Source of the DNA: Candidatus Spongiisociaceae bacterium | GTDB taxonomy: Bacteria; Actinomycetota; Acidimicrobiia; Spongiisociales; Spongiisociaceae | Length of the DNA: 64,000 nucleotides | Assembly: GCA_965219685.1 (NCBI GenBank) | Contig: CBDCOH010000002.1 | Coordinates: 416,001 to 480,000, forward strand | Reading direction: 5' to 3' | Shown here: piece after piece, positions 31,827 to 41,659 of the stretch | How positions within the stretch are numbered: position 1 is the stretch's first letter | Layout of the letters: every line of letters starts with the position of its first letter | Notes under the pieces: generated by a model | What the model was told of the DNA's origin: nothing | Databases searched by the model: none | Seen by the model: only the letters and a program-made list of their open reading frames with translations | Position numbers and translations under genes: made by a program

Positions 31827-34279
31827 CTGCGCGGCCTCACCGAGTCCGGGTCCCATACGGGACCGTCGAGGACCTTCGCCGGGGCGGGCTTGCCCAGGAC
31901 CATCACCTCGAGGCAGGTTCCCGGAAGGTCCAGTCCGGGATCCACGTACGCCCAGGCCAGGCTGCGGCCTGTCGCGTGTCCGTAACCGGTCGTGGTCACG
32001 ACCCCTACTCGCCTGCCGTCCATGAAGACCCCTTCCCCGCCCAGTGGATCCACATCCGCAACATCCACGTCCAGTAAAGCTAGCTTCCATCGGGGCCTGC
32101 ACCTATTGGCAACGAGGGCCTCGTAGCCGATGTAGCTCTTCTTGGCCGGATCGACGAACCTCGCCAAACCGGCCTCGTAGGCGCTCACCTCCTGGGTCAT
32201 GTCGCCGGAGACCCGGTACGCCTTCTCCATCCGCATGGAGTTGAGTGCGAGCGATCCGAATCCTCCCAAACCGTGCGCTGCACCCGACTCGACGACAGCA
32301 TCGAAAACGGAGGGCAGGTCCTCCATCGCCATGTGGAGTTCCCATCCGAGTTCTCCGGTGAAGGACAGACGCAGGGCGAGCACCCGAGCGGCGGCGATGT
32401 CGACCGGCCGCGCCGACAGCCGACCTCCGCCGGTGTTCGACAGGTCGGCGTCGGTGAGTGGTTGGAGCACTTCTCGGCTCCTGGGTCCCGCCACCGCCAG
32501 TACCCCCAGATCGGACGAGCGATTGGCGATCCTCACCCGTTCCGGGCCGTCCGGGCCGATCTCCCGGCCTTCCCGGCCGTCGAGAACGTGGGACCGCATC
32601 CAATCGAGAAACCGCAGTTCCCCGACCGCGGCTCCCACCAGGTAGAAGCGATCCTCGGCAAGGCGGGTGGCGGTGAACTCGGCCTCCACCATTCCCTGCT
32701 CGGTGAGCATGTAGACCAAGCCGATCCGACCCGGTCGAGGTAGGCGGCCCGGCGTGAGACGGTCGAGGAATGAGGCGGCATCGGCGCCTGCCACCTCGAA
32801 CTTGGAGAAGGCGGTCAGGTCGGCCACACCGACCCGTTGCCGCACCGCTCTGACCTCTCGTGCCACGGTGGCGAACCAGCGAGCCCTGCGGAACGAGTGG
32901 TGATGTCGGGCGGCTTGGCCGTCGGCGGCGAACCAGCGCGGTCGCTCCCACCCGAAGACCTCCTCGAACACCGCACCGCGCCGGGCCATCCGGTGATGGA
33001 GGGCCGAGGTCTTGTGCGGGCGCCCGGCCGGACGGTCCAGGTCCGGAAACGGGACCTCGTGCCGAAGCAGGTAGTCCTCGTGGGCTTTGACCCGGTTGTA
33101 GTCGGGTGTTGCGAACTCGCCGAACCGCGAGGGATCGAAGGCGCGCAGGTTGAGGGTGGGGGCGCCCCGCACCATCCAGATGGCGAGCTGGCGCGTGGCG
33201 CCCGGACCCCACGAGATGCCGACTTGGCTTCCGGTGCAGTACCAGTAGTTGGAGAGGCCGGGCGCCGGGCCGAGCAGCATGTTGCCGTCGGGGGGATGGG
33301 TGATCGCCCCGTGGACCTCCTTCACGATGCCGGCGTCAGCCAGCACCGGCACCCGCTCGAAGGCGGCCTCCAGCCACGGCGCCACCCGGTCGTACTCGGG
33401 GGCGAACAGGTGATGGTCTGCATCCCACGGAGTGCCGTCCTCCCACACCGAGCGCGGATGCGCTTTCTCGTAGATGCCGATGAGACCCGCCCGCCTCTCC
33501 ATCCGGATATATCCCGACACGTGGGTGTCCTCGCGCAGGACGGGGAGTTCCCCGTCCAGATCGGCGAAGGCCGGGACCTCCTCCGTCACGAAGTACTGGT
33601 GGGTCATGGGGATGACCGGCAGGTCCACGGAGGGTACGGCCCACGCAGCCACCTGGCGGGCATACGTGCCGGCGGCGTTGACCACCTGGTCGCAGACGTA
33701 CGTTCCCGCCCCGGTTTCCACCCTCCAGCGACCGTCCGGCAAGGCCACCGTACCGGTGACCCTCGTGTTACGCCTGATGGCGGCGCCTCTCCGTCGGGCG
33801 CCCTCCGCGAAGGCGAACACGGCCCCGGCCGGATCCACATGACCGTCGTCCGGTGTGTGGAGGGCGCCGAGCACGCCATCGAGGTTGCAGAAGGGGTGGA
33901 GTTCCGCGATCCGTCGAGGACCGACCAGCTCCATACGGTTTCCCACCCCGCGGCCCACCGACAGCGTGTAGCGCAACCAGTCCATCTCGTCCTCGCGGAC
34001 GGCTAGGCGCAGCGAACCGGGTTGGTGCCAGCTCACCGACCGGCCGGTCTCCGCTTCCAACTCTGCGTACTTGCGGGTCCCGTATCCGGTCATCCACGCC
34101 AGGCCGTAACTCGACGTCGAATGGGTTATCTGGCCGGCGGCGTGCCAGGTGGATCCGGAGGCCAGCTCGCCCTTCTCCAGCAGGAGGCAGTCCTGCCAAC
34201 CCTCGACGGCCAGGTGGTACAGGAGCGACACGCCCATGATTCCCCCACCGATGATGATTACGCGGACGTCAGAGGTCAT
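31823..34279 (-). CDS. GcvT-family FAD-dependent oxidoreductase (dimethylglycine dehydrogenase-like)
   Basis: IIGGGIMG, SGSTWHAAGQ, FGWERPRWF, SFTGELGWELH, SMRMEKAY; start trimmed to ATG 34279. Confidence 0.9.
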   Translation of the reverse strand: MTSDVRVIIIGGGIMGVSLLYHLAVEGWQDCLLLEKGELASGSTWHAAGQITHSTSSYGLAWMTGYGTRKYAELEAETGRSVSWHQPGSLRLAVREDEMDWLRYTLSVGRGVGNRMELVGPRRIAELHPFCNLDGVLGALHTPDDGHVDPAGAVFAFAEGARRRGAAIRRNTRVTGTVALPDGRWRVETGAGTYVCDQVVNAAGTYARQVAAWAVPSVDLPVIPMTHQYFVTEEVPAFADLDGELPVLREDTHVSGYIRMERRAGLIGIYEKAHPRSVWEDGTPWDADHHLFAPEYDRVAPWLEAAFERVPVLADAGIVKEVHGAITHPPDGNMLLGPAPGLSNYWYCTGSQVGISWGPGATRQLAIWMVRGAPTLNLRAFDPSRFGEFATPDYNRVKAHEDYLLRHEVPFPDLDRPAGRPHKTSALHHRMARRGAVFEEVFGWERPRWFAADGQAARHHHSFRRARWFATVAREVRAVRQRVGVADLTAFSKFEVAGADAASFLDRLTPGRLPRPGRIGLVYMLTEQGMVEAEFTATRLAEDRFYLVGAAVGELRFLDWMRSHVLDGREGREIGPDGPERVRIANRSSDLGVLAVAGPRSREVLQPLTDADLSNTGGGRLSARPVDIAAARVLALRLSFTGELGWELHMAMEDLPSVFDAVVESGAAHGLGGFGSLALNSMRMEKAYRVSGDMTQEVSAYEAGLARFVDPAKKSYIGYEALVANRCRPRWKLALLDVDVADVDPLGGEGVFMDGRRVGVVTTTGYGHATGRSLAWAYVDPGLDLPGTCLEVMVLGKPAPAKVLDGPVWDPDSVRPRR

Positions 34280-34296
34280 GCTGCGGTCGCCTGTCT

Positions 34297-34340
34297 GGTA
34301 CACTTGTATGAGAACACACCATGGATCGTACAACTGTACC
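34297..34340. promoter_or_regulatory. Pair of GTACA-N2-TGTA(C/T) palindromes, candidate RpiR-family operator
   Basis: GGTACACTTGTATG (34297-34310) and CGTACAACTGTACC (34327-34340), 30 bp apart, at the divergent junction. Confidence 0.55.
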
Positions 34341-35229
34341 AAATCGGGACTCCGGGTTCGACGTCCTCCTGGAACACATGGGTTCGGCGATCAGCGAGAT
34401 GGCTCCGCAGGTCCGTAAGGCGACCGCCTTCGTGCTCGACCATCCTGACGAGGTCGGATTCGCCACCGTGCGCGAACTGGCCGAACTGGCGGACGTGCAC
34501 CCCAACACCCTGGTCCGCATGGCCCGGCTGGTGGGTTTCGAGGGCTTCGACGACTTCCGCGAGAAGTTCCGCACCGAGTTGCGGGCCCGCAGCTCGTTCC
34601 ACGACCGGGCCTTGTCGCTGCAGTCGATGTCAGGCGAGAGGCTCCCTGCCCTGTACGGGGATATAGCAGCGGTCACGCTCCGGAACGTGGAACGGATGTT
34701 CAGCACCACCCCCGCCGCGGAGATGGAGGCGATCGCCGCTCGTATCGTCTGTTCCAGGCGCACCTACGTCATCGGAGTCGGCGCCAACTACGCCCTCGCT
34801 CACAACTTCGCCTACCTGGCGGGGATGGCTGTGGACAACGTGGTGGCGGTACCCGGTGACGGGAACGTGCCGATGGACGGTATCGTGAAAGCGGGACCCG
34901 ACGACGTCGTGGTGACCATGACCTTCGCCCCCTACCGGGCGGAAGTCGTGGAGGCGACCGACGCCGCCCGCCGGCAGGGCGCCCTGGTGGTGGCGATCAC
35001 CGACAGTCACGGTTCTCCCATCGCGCCGGGCGCCGACCACCTGATCCTCGCCCCGAGCGCCACCCCGCAGTTCTTCCCGTCCACCCTGGCGGCTGCCGCC
35101 GCGCTCGAGACCCTGGTGTCGTTCGTAGTGGCCGACGCTCCACCGGAGGTGGTGGCGGCCATCGACCTCATGCACCAACGCAGATACGATCTCGGTGTGT
35201 ACTGGAAACCGGACCGTGGAAACCGCTGA
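34321..35229 (+). CDS. MurR/RpiR family transcriptional regulator (HTH plus SIS domain)
   Basis: FVLDHPDEVGFATVRELAELADVHPNTLVRMARLVGFEGF; VAITDSHGSP. Confidence 0.9.
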   Translation: MDRTTVPNRDSGFDVLLEHMGSAISEMAPQVRKATAFVLDHPDEVGFATVRELAELADVHPNTLVRMARLVGFEGFDDFREKFRTELRARSSFHDRALSLQSMSGERLPALYGDIAAVTLRNVERMFSTTPAAEMEAIAARIVCSRRTYVIGVGANYALAHNFAYLAGMAVDNVVAVPGDGNVPMDGIVKAGPDDVVVTMTFAPYRAEVVEATDAARRQGALVVAITDSHGSPIAPGADHLILAPSATPQFFPSTLAAAAALETLVSFVVADAPPEVVAAIDLMHQRRYDLGVYWKPDRGNR

Positions 35230-36325
35230 CTGTTCCGCCTACACGCGACCCCAGCGGGTCATGGATCCGTCCGTCTACCTGGACGCGGCACTGTTCGACC
35301 GCGAGCAGCGCAGCGTCCTGTCGTCCACCTGGCAGTACGCCTGCCATACGTCGGAACTCGACAGGCCGGGAAGCTACGTCACCTTCGAGATCGCCGGGGA
35401 GTCGCTCTTCACGCTGAGGGACCGCGATGGGACGATCCGCACCTTCTACAACGTCTGCATGCACCGTGGCCACCGCTTGCTCGAAGGCCGCGGCGCCCGC
35501 CCGAAGCTGGTCTGCCCGTACCACTCCTGGACCTACCGCCTGGACGGGCGCCTCGACCACGCGCCGTACGCGGAGGGCCGGCCCGGATTCGATCCCGATG
35601 GGATATGCCTTACCGAGGTCCTGATGGAGGATCTGTGGGGCTTCCTCTTCGTGAACCTGGACTGCGACGCGCCTCCCATGAGCGTGACCTATCCCGGTGT
35701 CCAGGAGGCGCTCCATGAGTTCCTCCCCTCCATCGAACGGATGCGGCCCCTCGAACGCCGCTGTTTCACGGCCGAGTCGAACTGGAAGGTGGCGATCGAG
35801 AACTACAACGAGTGCTACCACTGCCGGACCGCGCATCCCTCCTTCTCCAGGGGAGTGGTGCTCCCGGACACCTACACGATCCGGCCTGTCGGCCAATCCC
35901 TCCAGCACCGGGCCGAGAGCTCTCCCGAGCAGTACTACGAGATAGACCGCGAAGCCTCCCCCCACGCCGCCGACTACCGGTCCTTCTACCTGTGGCCGCT
36001 CTTCTCGTTCCAGATCTACCCCGGGCCGGTACTCAACACCTTCTGCTGGCGGCCCGAGTCGGTGGACCGGACGCCCTTCTTCCGCGAGTGGTTCAACCTC
36101 GGCGGGGAGGACTCACCCACAGTTCGCCGGGTAGCCGACGAAGACGCCCGCACCACGGTGGCGGAGGACCTGGCCCTGATGCGTTCGGTGCAGGGTGGCC
36201 TGTCCAGCCGGGGCTACCGCCCGGGACCCTTGGTCATCGACCCCGACATGGGACTCAACAGCGAACACACCGTGGCCGCGATCAAAGCCTGGTACCAGGA
36301 CGCGATGGGCCCGACCCCGGAGTAG
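35216..36325 (+). CDS. Rieske non-heme iron oxygenase alpha subunit (choline monooxygenase/CntA/stachydrine demethylase-like)
   Basis: Rieske motif CMHRGH...CPYHSW; mononuclear iron motif NWKVAIENYNECYHCRTAH; start uncertain. Confidence 0.88.
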   Translation: METADCSAYTRPQRVMDPSVYLDAALFDREQRSVLSSTWQYACHTSELDRPGSYVTFEIAGESLFTLRDRDGTIRTFYNVCMHRGHRLLEGRGARPKLVCPYHSWTYRLDGRLDHAPYAEGRPGFDPDGICLTEVLMEDLWGFLFVNLDCDAPPMSVTYPGVQEALHEFLPSIERMRPLERRCFTAESNWKVAIENYNECYHCRTAHPSFSRGVVLPDTYTIRPVGQSLQHRAESSPEQYYEIDREASPHAADYRSFYLWPLFSFQIYPGPVLNTFCWRPESVDRTPFFREWFNLGGEDSPTVRRVADEDARTTVAEDLALMRSVQGGLSSRGYRPGPLVIDPDMGLNSEHTVAAIKAWYQDAMGPTPE

Positions 36326-36347
36326 TTGTTAGATATTATCTAATATA

Positions 36348-36403
36348 AACTAGCAACTAGCAACTAGCAACTAGCAACTAGCAACTAGCAACTAGCAACT
36401 AGC
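36348..36403. repeat. Heptanucleotide tandem repeat (AACTAGC) x8
   Basis: Read directly; the last unit supplies the etfA stop codon. Confidence 0.95.
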
Positions 36404-37388
36404 CACCCTCTCTGGCCAGGCCGCGGCGGCGGGTTATCTCGGCTGAGATGGCGGGCACCACATCGTGGAGGTCGGCGATGACCGCCCAGTCGGCCTTCGT
36501 CACCATCGGGGCGTCGCGGTCGATGTTGATGGCGAGGATGTTCTTGGCGTTCATCATCCCGACCCAGTGCTGGATGGCGCCGGAGATCCCGCAGGCGATG
36601 TAGAGATCGGGCGCAACCACCGTTCCGGTCTGGCCCACCTGGAACTTGTGGTTCTTCCAACCGTTGTTGGTCACGACCCGCGAGCAGCCCACTGCACCCC
36701 CGAGGAGGTCGGCCAGTTCCTCGACTATGGCGAAGCCCTCGACGCTTCCCACCCCGCGGCCCCCGCTGACCACCACGGGCGCGGTGGCCAGGGTTATGCC
36801 CTCCGACACCGTCACCCGGTCCTTGACCATGGTTACCGCAGCCGAATCGTCCAGTTCCGGGACGAATTCCGCCACGCGTCCGGCACCCGGGGCACCGGCC
36901 GCCTCGGTGCTGTGCGGGGCGAGCGTCACCAGCTTGGTGGGCGCCGCGAGCCTGGCCCGTTCGTGGAGGCTTCCGCCCCATCGCACCCGGGTCATCAGCC
37001 AATCGTCACCTTCGGACTCGATCTCGAGGCAGTTGGCGACCATCGCCAGGTCCAACCGCGCTCCCACATGGGCCATGACCTCGTTGCCCCGGTCGGTCCC
37101 GGTGGCCATGATGGCTGCGGCGCCCACCGAGGTGGCCAGTTGCGCCAGGCTGTCGGCCCATGCGTCGGGTCCGTAGTCGGTGAGCAGTCCGTGGCGGACG
37201 AGATGGATCACCTCGGCGCCGTATGCGCCGACCTCCGCGGCCGGTTGGTCCGCCTTCGCGCCGATGACCGCAGTGTGGAGTTGCGCCCCCATCGTTTCGG
37301 CTAGCCGGCGTGCGCCCGTGAGGCCGCCCAGGGTGGTTTCCTCGGTTACGCCTCGATCATGCTCGACCAGGTACAGGAAGACGCTCAT
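36399..37388 (-). CDS. etfA: Electron transfer flavoprotein alpha subunit
   Basis: VVSGGRGVG, QVGQTG, YIACGISGAIQH, AINIDRDAP. Confidence 0.95.
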   Translation of the reverse strand: MSVFLYLVEHDRGVTEETTLGGLTGARRLAETMGAQLHTAVIGAKADQPAAEVGAYGAEVIHLVRHGLLTDYGPDAWADSLAQLATSVGAAAIMATGTDRGNEVMAHVGARLDLAMVANCLEIESEGDDWLMTRVRWGGSLHERARLAAPTKLVTLAPHSTEAAGAPGAGRVAEFVPELDDSAAVTMVKDRVTVSEGITLATAPVVVSGGRGVGSVEGFAIVEELADLLGGAVGCSRVVTNNGWKNHKFQVGQTGTVVAPDLYIACGISGAIQHWVGMMNAKNILAINIDRDAPMVTKADWAVIADLHDVVPAISAEITRRRGLAREGG

Positions 37389-38152
37389 ACCAGACCCAAC
37401 TCCTCCAGGATGTCGACGATGGCCGGCGCCGCCTCCGCGCCCTCACCAAGGATGTCGACCGTCGTCCCGACCGCCGGGGGGGTTGCCAGCACCACCTTTG
37501 ACTGCCCGCTGGCGCCGGGGGTCGGCTCGATCCTCGACACCGGGGCCCGTCGAGCGGCCATCCGCCCTCTCAGCGTCGGGTACCGAGGCAGGTTGATGCC
37601 CTCCTTGACCCCCACCACGGCCGGCAGGGGGAGTTGGTAGACCTCCGAGCCGGAAGGTGTCTCCCGTCGAGCGGTGATCCGGTCGCCCTCGGTGTCGATC
37701 CCCTTGATGCCGGTGACCATCGGCCGGCCCAGCGCCCGGGCCGCACGGATCCCTACCTGGTAGCCACCCGAGTCGGCCGACTCGTTGCCGAACAGGATCA
37801 GGTCGAACGGTTCCCCCTGGCCGGACTCGGACTCGCGAATGGCGGCTACGAGGGCTTCTGAAGTCGAGACCGGGTCCCAGTCGGGGATGCCGGTCGGTAG
37901 CAACACCGCCGAGTCGGCGCCTACCGCGATGGCCGAGCGAAGCTGTTCCTCGGCTTCGGGAGGACCCAGGGTCATTACGGTCACAGACCCGCCCAGCCGC
38001 TCGACGATCTGCACTGCCTCCTCGACCGCGCACTCCTCGTGCGGGCTCACCGTGAATCCCAGCAACGTGGCGTCGATGTCCTGGCCGTCGGTGGTGAGGA
38101 CGATCTTGGCCCCCGGCGCCGGGACCCGCTTGACGCACACCAGGATCCGCAT
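37385..38152 (-). CDS. etfB: Electron transfer flavoprotein beta subunit
   Basis: MRILVCVKRVP, AVEEAV, INLPRYPTL. Confidence 0.95.
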   Translation of the reverse strand: MRILVCVKRVPAPGAKIVLTTDGQDIDATLLGFTVSPHEECAVEEAVQIVERLGGSVTVMTLGPPEAEEQLRSAIAVGADSAVLLPTGIPDWDPVSTSEALVAAIRESESGQGEPFDLILFGNESADSGGYQVGIRAARALGRPMVTGIKGIDTEGDRITARRETPSGSEVYQLPLPAVVGVKEGINLPRYPTLRGRMAARRAPVSRIEPTPGASGQSKVVLATPPAVGTTVDILGEGAEAAPAIVDILEELGLV

Positions 38153-38172
38153 CTTCTAGCCCGTGGCGCCCA

Positions 38173-40683
38173 TCAGCGCTTCATCCGGCTGTCGTCCGGG
38201 TCGAACAGGGGTCGCGATCCGACCCGGGCAACCGTGGCTGGGAACAACTCGTTCTGGTACATGACCCGTAGTTCCATCCCCTCCTCCGCCATGTGCGGTG
38301 GGAGGTACCCGAGCAGTATGTAGGTATCGAGAGATGGCGCGGCGCCGGCCGAGGTGACCCTGGAGACCCGGCCCTTGGCGTCCACGATCCGCTCTCCGTT
38401 CACGGTGAGGATCGGCTCGTTGCCGCCCATCGGGAACCGGGCTATACCCGAGGTGGACACGTGGCTCTCCATCGTCAGGGTGCAGCAGACCGCCGCGGGA
38501 CCCTTCTCCCGGGCGGCCAGATAGGCTTCCTTGCCGATGAAGTCGGCGGATTTGACCCTGGGCCGGGCCAGTCCGGCCTCGACCGGGTCGTACTCCGATT
38601 CCAGTTCGGCGCCCATGAGCCGGTAGCCCTTCTCCAACCGGGCGGTGGTTCCGTAGACGCCCGCTCCGACCGGGACGACCCCGAACTCCTGGCCTGCCGT
38701 CCAGAGGGCCTTCCACAGCATGGGGGCGTGTTCCATGCCCGTGTAAATCTCCCAACCGAGGTCGCCCACGTAGGAGATCCGGAACATGGTCACGGGTATC
38801 GAGTCGATGGTGGCGTGCTTGAAGGTTCCGTAGGGGAATCCTTCGTGGGAGATGTCGTCGGAGGTGATCTTTCGTACCAGGCTTCGAGCGGAGGGACCCC
38901 ATACCCCGATGGTGGACAAGGAGGAGGTTACGTCGGTGAACACCACGGATCCGTCCTCGGGGAGCCACTTGCGGAACCAGTACGCGTCCCGGCCACCGTC
39001 GAAGCCCCCGGTGACGACGCGGAAGTGGTCCGCGCCCATGCGCAGGACCGTCAGGTCGGAGCGGAAGCCGCCCTCCTCGGTCAGGAGGGGGGTGTAGACG
39101 CCTCTCCCCGGTCGGTAGTCGAGTTGGTTCACCGTCATGTGCTGCATGTAATCGAGGGCGCCGGGTCCCTGGACGTCGAAGATGGCGAACGCGCTCAGGT
39201 CGATCACTCCCACCCGGTCCCGGAGGGCCAGGTGCTCGGCGTTCTGGATCGGTGACCACCAACGGGAGTCCCACTCGTGGGGACGGTCGGGAATCCGGTC
39301 CCCGTACTCCTCGAGGAGGGGAGCGTTCGACTCGTACCAATGGGGCCGTTCCCAGCCGCCCGCCTCGAAGTACACGGCCCCGAGTGCCGACGTGGTGCTG
39401 TGCAGGGTGCTGACTCGGCTCTCCCGCCGGCTGTCCCATTGCTCCCGCGGGTGGACGATGCCGTAGGTCTTGTTGAAGTGCTCCGCGCAGCGGGAGAGGA
39501 TGTGGCTCTCCGTCTTCATGTAGGGGTAGAACCGGGCGATGTCGGAGGCGTGAGGGTCGATCTCCGGATATCCCTGGGTCATCCACTCGGCCAGCGCGCG
39601 CCCCGTTCCCGGTCCTTCCTTGATCCATATCGCCGCGCACGACCACAGGTTCTTGACCTCCGGGGTCTCACCGACCAGGGGCATCGCGTCGGGGGTGAGC
39701 GAGAGCAGCCCGTTGATCCCGTACTTGATCTCGGCGTCTCCGAGGAACGGCATCAGCTCCAAGGCCTCTTCGAGCTGGGGATCGAAGTCGTCCATGGTCA
39801 GGGGAAGTTCGGTCGGCGACAGGCGGGCCGCCTCGATCGAAGGGATGGTGTCCGGGTGGTGGAAGATCGGCCGGTGGGCATATGAACCGACCTCCATGGA
39901 GCCGCCCGTCTGGCGCTCGTAGCAGAAGGTGTCCATATCGCGGACTATCGGATAGCCGATCTCGCTGTTGGTGGCCGACAGGATCTCGAGCGGTCCCACG
40001 TCGATCATCTGGTGGACGGCGGGGGTCAGAGGGATGGACGCACCCGCCATCCGTGCCAGGCGAGGCGACCAGACGCCACAGGCGATCACGACGTACTCGC
40101 AGGCGATCCTTCCCTTGTCGGTGACGACCGCATCGATACGTCCCCGCTTCGTCTCGATGTCCAGCACCTCGGTCAGCGGGTGGACCGACAGGGCGCCCTT
40201 CTCCTGCGCGTACTCGCGCATGAGGGTACCGGCCCGTAGCGAGTCGACCACCGAAACGCTGGGGGAGTACCAGCCACCCACTATCACCGACTCGTCCAGG
40301 AAGGGGACCAGCTCCCTCGCTTCGGCCGGACTCACCAGCCAACTCTCGATGCCCCAAGCCTTGGCCGAGGTCATACGGCGGTTGAGTTCGTGGAGCCGCT
40401 CCGCGGTCCGCGCTACCTCGATCCCTCCCGAGGTGACGCTGACCTCCATCTCCTCGTACTGCTCCTGGCTGTCGAGAGTGAGGTGGGCCATCTCCTTGTT
40501 GTGGTCCACCGGAAAGATGAAGTTGGAGGCGTGGCCGGTCGATCCACCCGGGTTGGGGAGAGGTCCCTTGTCCAACTGGACGATGTCTCGCCACCCGAGC
40601 GCAGCGAGGTGTTTGACTACTGAATTACCGACGATGCCTGCGCCGATCACTACGACCCGGGCGCTGCTTGGCAGGTCGCTCAT
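38173..40683 (-). CDS. Dimethylglycine dehydrogenase/oxidase-like GcvT-family flavoprotein
   Basis: VIGAGIVG, GGSTGHASN, GWERPHWY, ISYVGDLGWEIY, RLEKGYR; directly upstream of etfBA. Confidence 0.9.
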   Translation of the reverse strand: MSDLPSSARVVVIGAGIVGNSVVKHLAALGWRDIVQLDKGPLPNPGGSTGHASNFIFPVDHNKEMAHLTLDSQEQYEEMEVSVTSGGIEVARTAERLHELNRRMTSAKAWGIESWLVSPAEARELVPFLDESVIVGGWYSPSVSVVDSLRAGTLMREYAQEKGALSVHPLTEVLDIETKRGRIDAVVTDKGRIACEYVVIACGVWSPRLARMAGASIPLTPAVHQMIDVGPLEILSATNSEIGYPIVRDMDTFCYERQTGGSMEVGSYAHRPIFHHPDTIPSIEAARLSPTELPLTMDDFDPQLEEALELMPFLGDAEIKYGINGLLSLTPDAMPLVGETPEVKNLWSCAAIWIKEGPGTGRALAEWMTQGYPEIDPHASDIARFYPYMKTESHILSRCAEHFNKTYGIVHPREQWDSRRESRVSTLHSTTSALGAVYFEAGGWERPHWYESNAPLLEEYGDRIPDRPHEWDSRWWSPIQNAEHLALRDRVGVIDLSAFAIFDVQGPGALDYMQHMTVNQLDYRPGRGVYTPLLTEEGGFRSDLTVLRMGADHFRVVTGGFDGGRDAYWFRKWLPEDGSVVFTDVTSSLSTIGVWGPSARSLVRKITSDDISHEGFPYGTFKHATIDSIPVTMFRISYVGDLGWEIYTGMEHAPMLWKALWTAGQEFGVVPVGAGVYGTTARLEKGYRLMGAELESEYDPVEAGLARPRVKSADFIGKEAYLAAREKGPAAVCCTLTMESHVSTSGIARFPMGGNEPILTVNGERIVDAKGRVSRVTSAGAAPSLDTYILLGYLPPHMAEEGMELRVMYQNELFPATVARVGSRPLFDPDDSRMKR

Positions 40684-40706
40684 CCCCGGCTCCTCTTCCT
40701 ACCCAT

Positions 40707-40741
40707 GTTCCGCATCGCGGAACCTTCTTGCGATACGGAAC
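40707..40741. promoter_or_regulatory. Tandem 17-bp palindromic operator upstream of the dehydrogenase-etfBA operon
   Basis: Perfect GTTCCGC-ATC-GCGGAAC, then C, then TTCTTGCGATACGGAAC; adjacent minus-strand TATGCT -10 candidate at 40742-40747. Confidence 0.8.
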
Positions 40742-40862
40742 AGCATACCTAGGGATCGGGGGGATTTCACCGCCTGACGGGAGGTTTGGTGCCGGGCGCG
40801 CGACCATCGGAAGGTGTAGGACACAAATCCGTTATTGTGTAGCCTGCCGCGGGCCGTTGAGG

Positions 40863-40903
40863 TATGCTGTTCCACGATGTAGGACTGTTCCGCATCATGA
40901 GAC
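40863..40903 (+). promoter_or_regulatory. -10 candidate (TATGCT) plus tandem 17-bp operator upstream of the corrinoid operon
   Basis: TATGCT-GTTCCACGATGTAGGAC-T-GTTCCGCATCATGAGAC. Confidence 0.75.
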
Positions 40904-40951
40904 ACAAACATAAGGCTTCCCGCTGGCGGGGGAAGGGTTCTATCTGCTCTC

Positions 40952-41659
40952 ATGGACATGTTCGACGACGAACTCGACCTCCGAACGCTCCCCGACGATG
41001 AACTCGTCGAGCAGATGCACGACGATCTGTATGACGGCCTGGCCGAGGAAATCGACGATGGCACGCGCATCCTGCTGGAGAGGGGGTGGAGCGCCTCCGA
41101 AGTGCTGAACGACGCCCTGGTGGAGGGCATGCGGATCGTCGGTATAGACTTCCGCGACGGCATCCTCTTCGTTCCCGAGGTTCTCCTGGCGGCCAACGCG
41201 ATGAAGGCGGGCATGGCTGTCCTCCGTCCTCTCCTGGCGGAGACAGGCGCCGAGACGGTAGGGAAGGTGGTCATCGGGACCGTCAAGGGGGACATTCACG
41301 ACATCGGCAAGAACCTCGTGGCGATGATGATGGAGGGGGCCGGATTCGAAGTCCATGATCTGGGGATCAACACGGATGTGGACGAGTTCCTGGAAGCCAT
41401 CGAGTTGTACCAACCGGACATTCTCGGGATGTCCGCCCTGCTCACGACCACGATGCCCTACATGAAGGTGGTGGTCGACACGCTGATTGCCAAGGGGTTG
41501 CGGGATCGGTACATCGTGATGGTGGGTGGCGCGCCCCTCAACGAGGAGTTCGGGCGGGCGGTAGGTGCTGACGCCTACTGCCGGGACGCCGCGGTTGCTG
41601 CCGAGACCGCCAAGGACCTGGTCATGAAACAGCGCATCCTCATGAGCGAGCATGTCTGA
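40952..41659 (+). CDS. Stand-alone cobalamin-binding (corrinoid) protein, MtgC/split-MetH type
   Basis: Cap domain LVEGMRIVG...FVPEVLLAANAM; B12 motif GTVKGDIHDIGKNLV...GMSALLTTTM...VGGAP. Confidence 0.93.
   Translation: MDMFDDELDLRTLPDDELVEQMHDDLYDGLAEEIDDGTRILLERGWSASEVLNDALVEGMRIVGIDFRDGILFVPEVLLAANAMKAGMAVLRPLLAETGAETVGKVVIGTVKGDIHDIGKNLVAMMMEGAGFEVHDLGINTDVDEFLEAIELYQPDILGMSALLTTTMPYMKVVVDTLIAKGLRDRYIVMVGGAPLNEEFGRAVGADAYCRDAAVAAETAKDLVMKQRILMSEHV

Noticed and set aside
40904-40951. Cobalamin riboswitch ahead of the B12 operon
   Set aside because: The leader is too short and no B12 box is recognisable.
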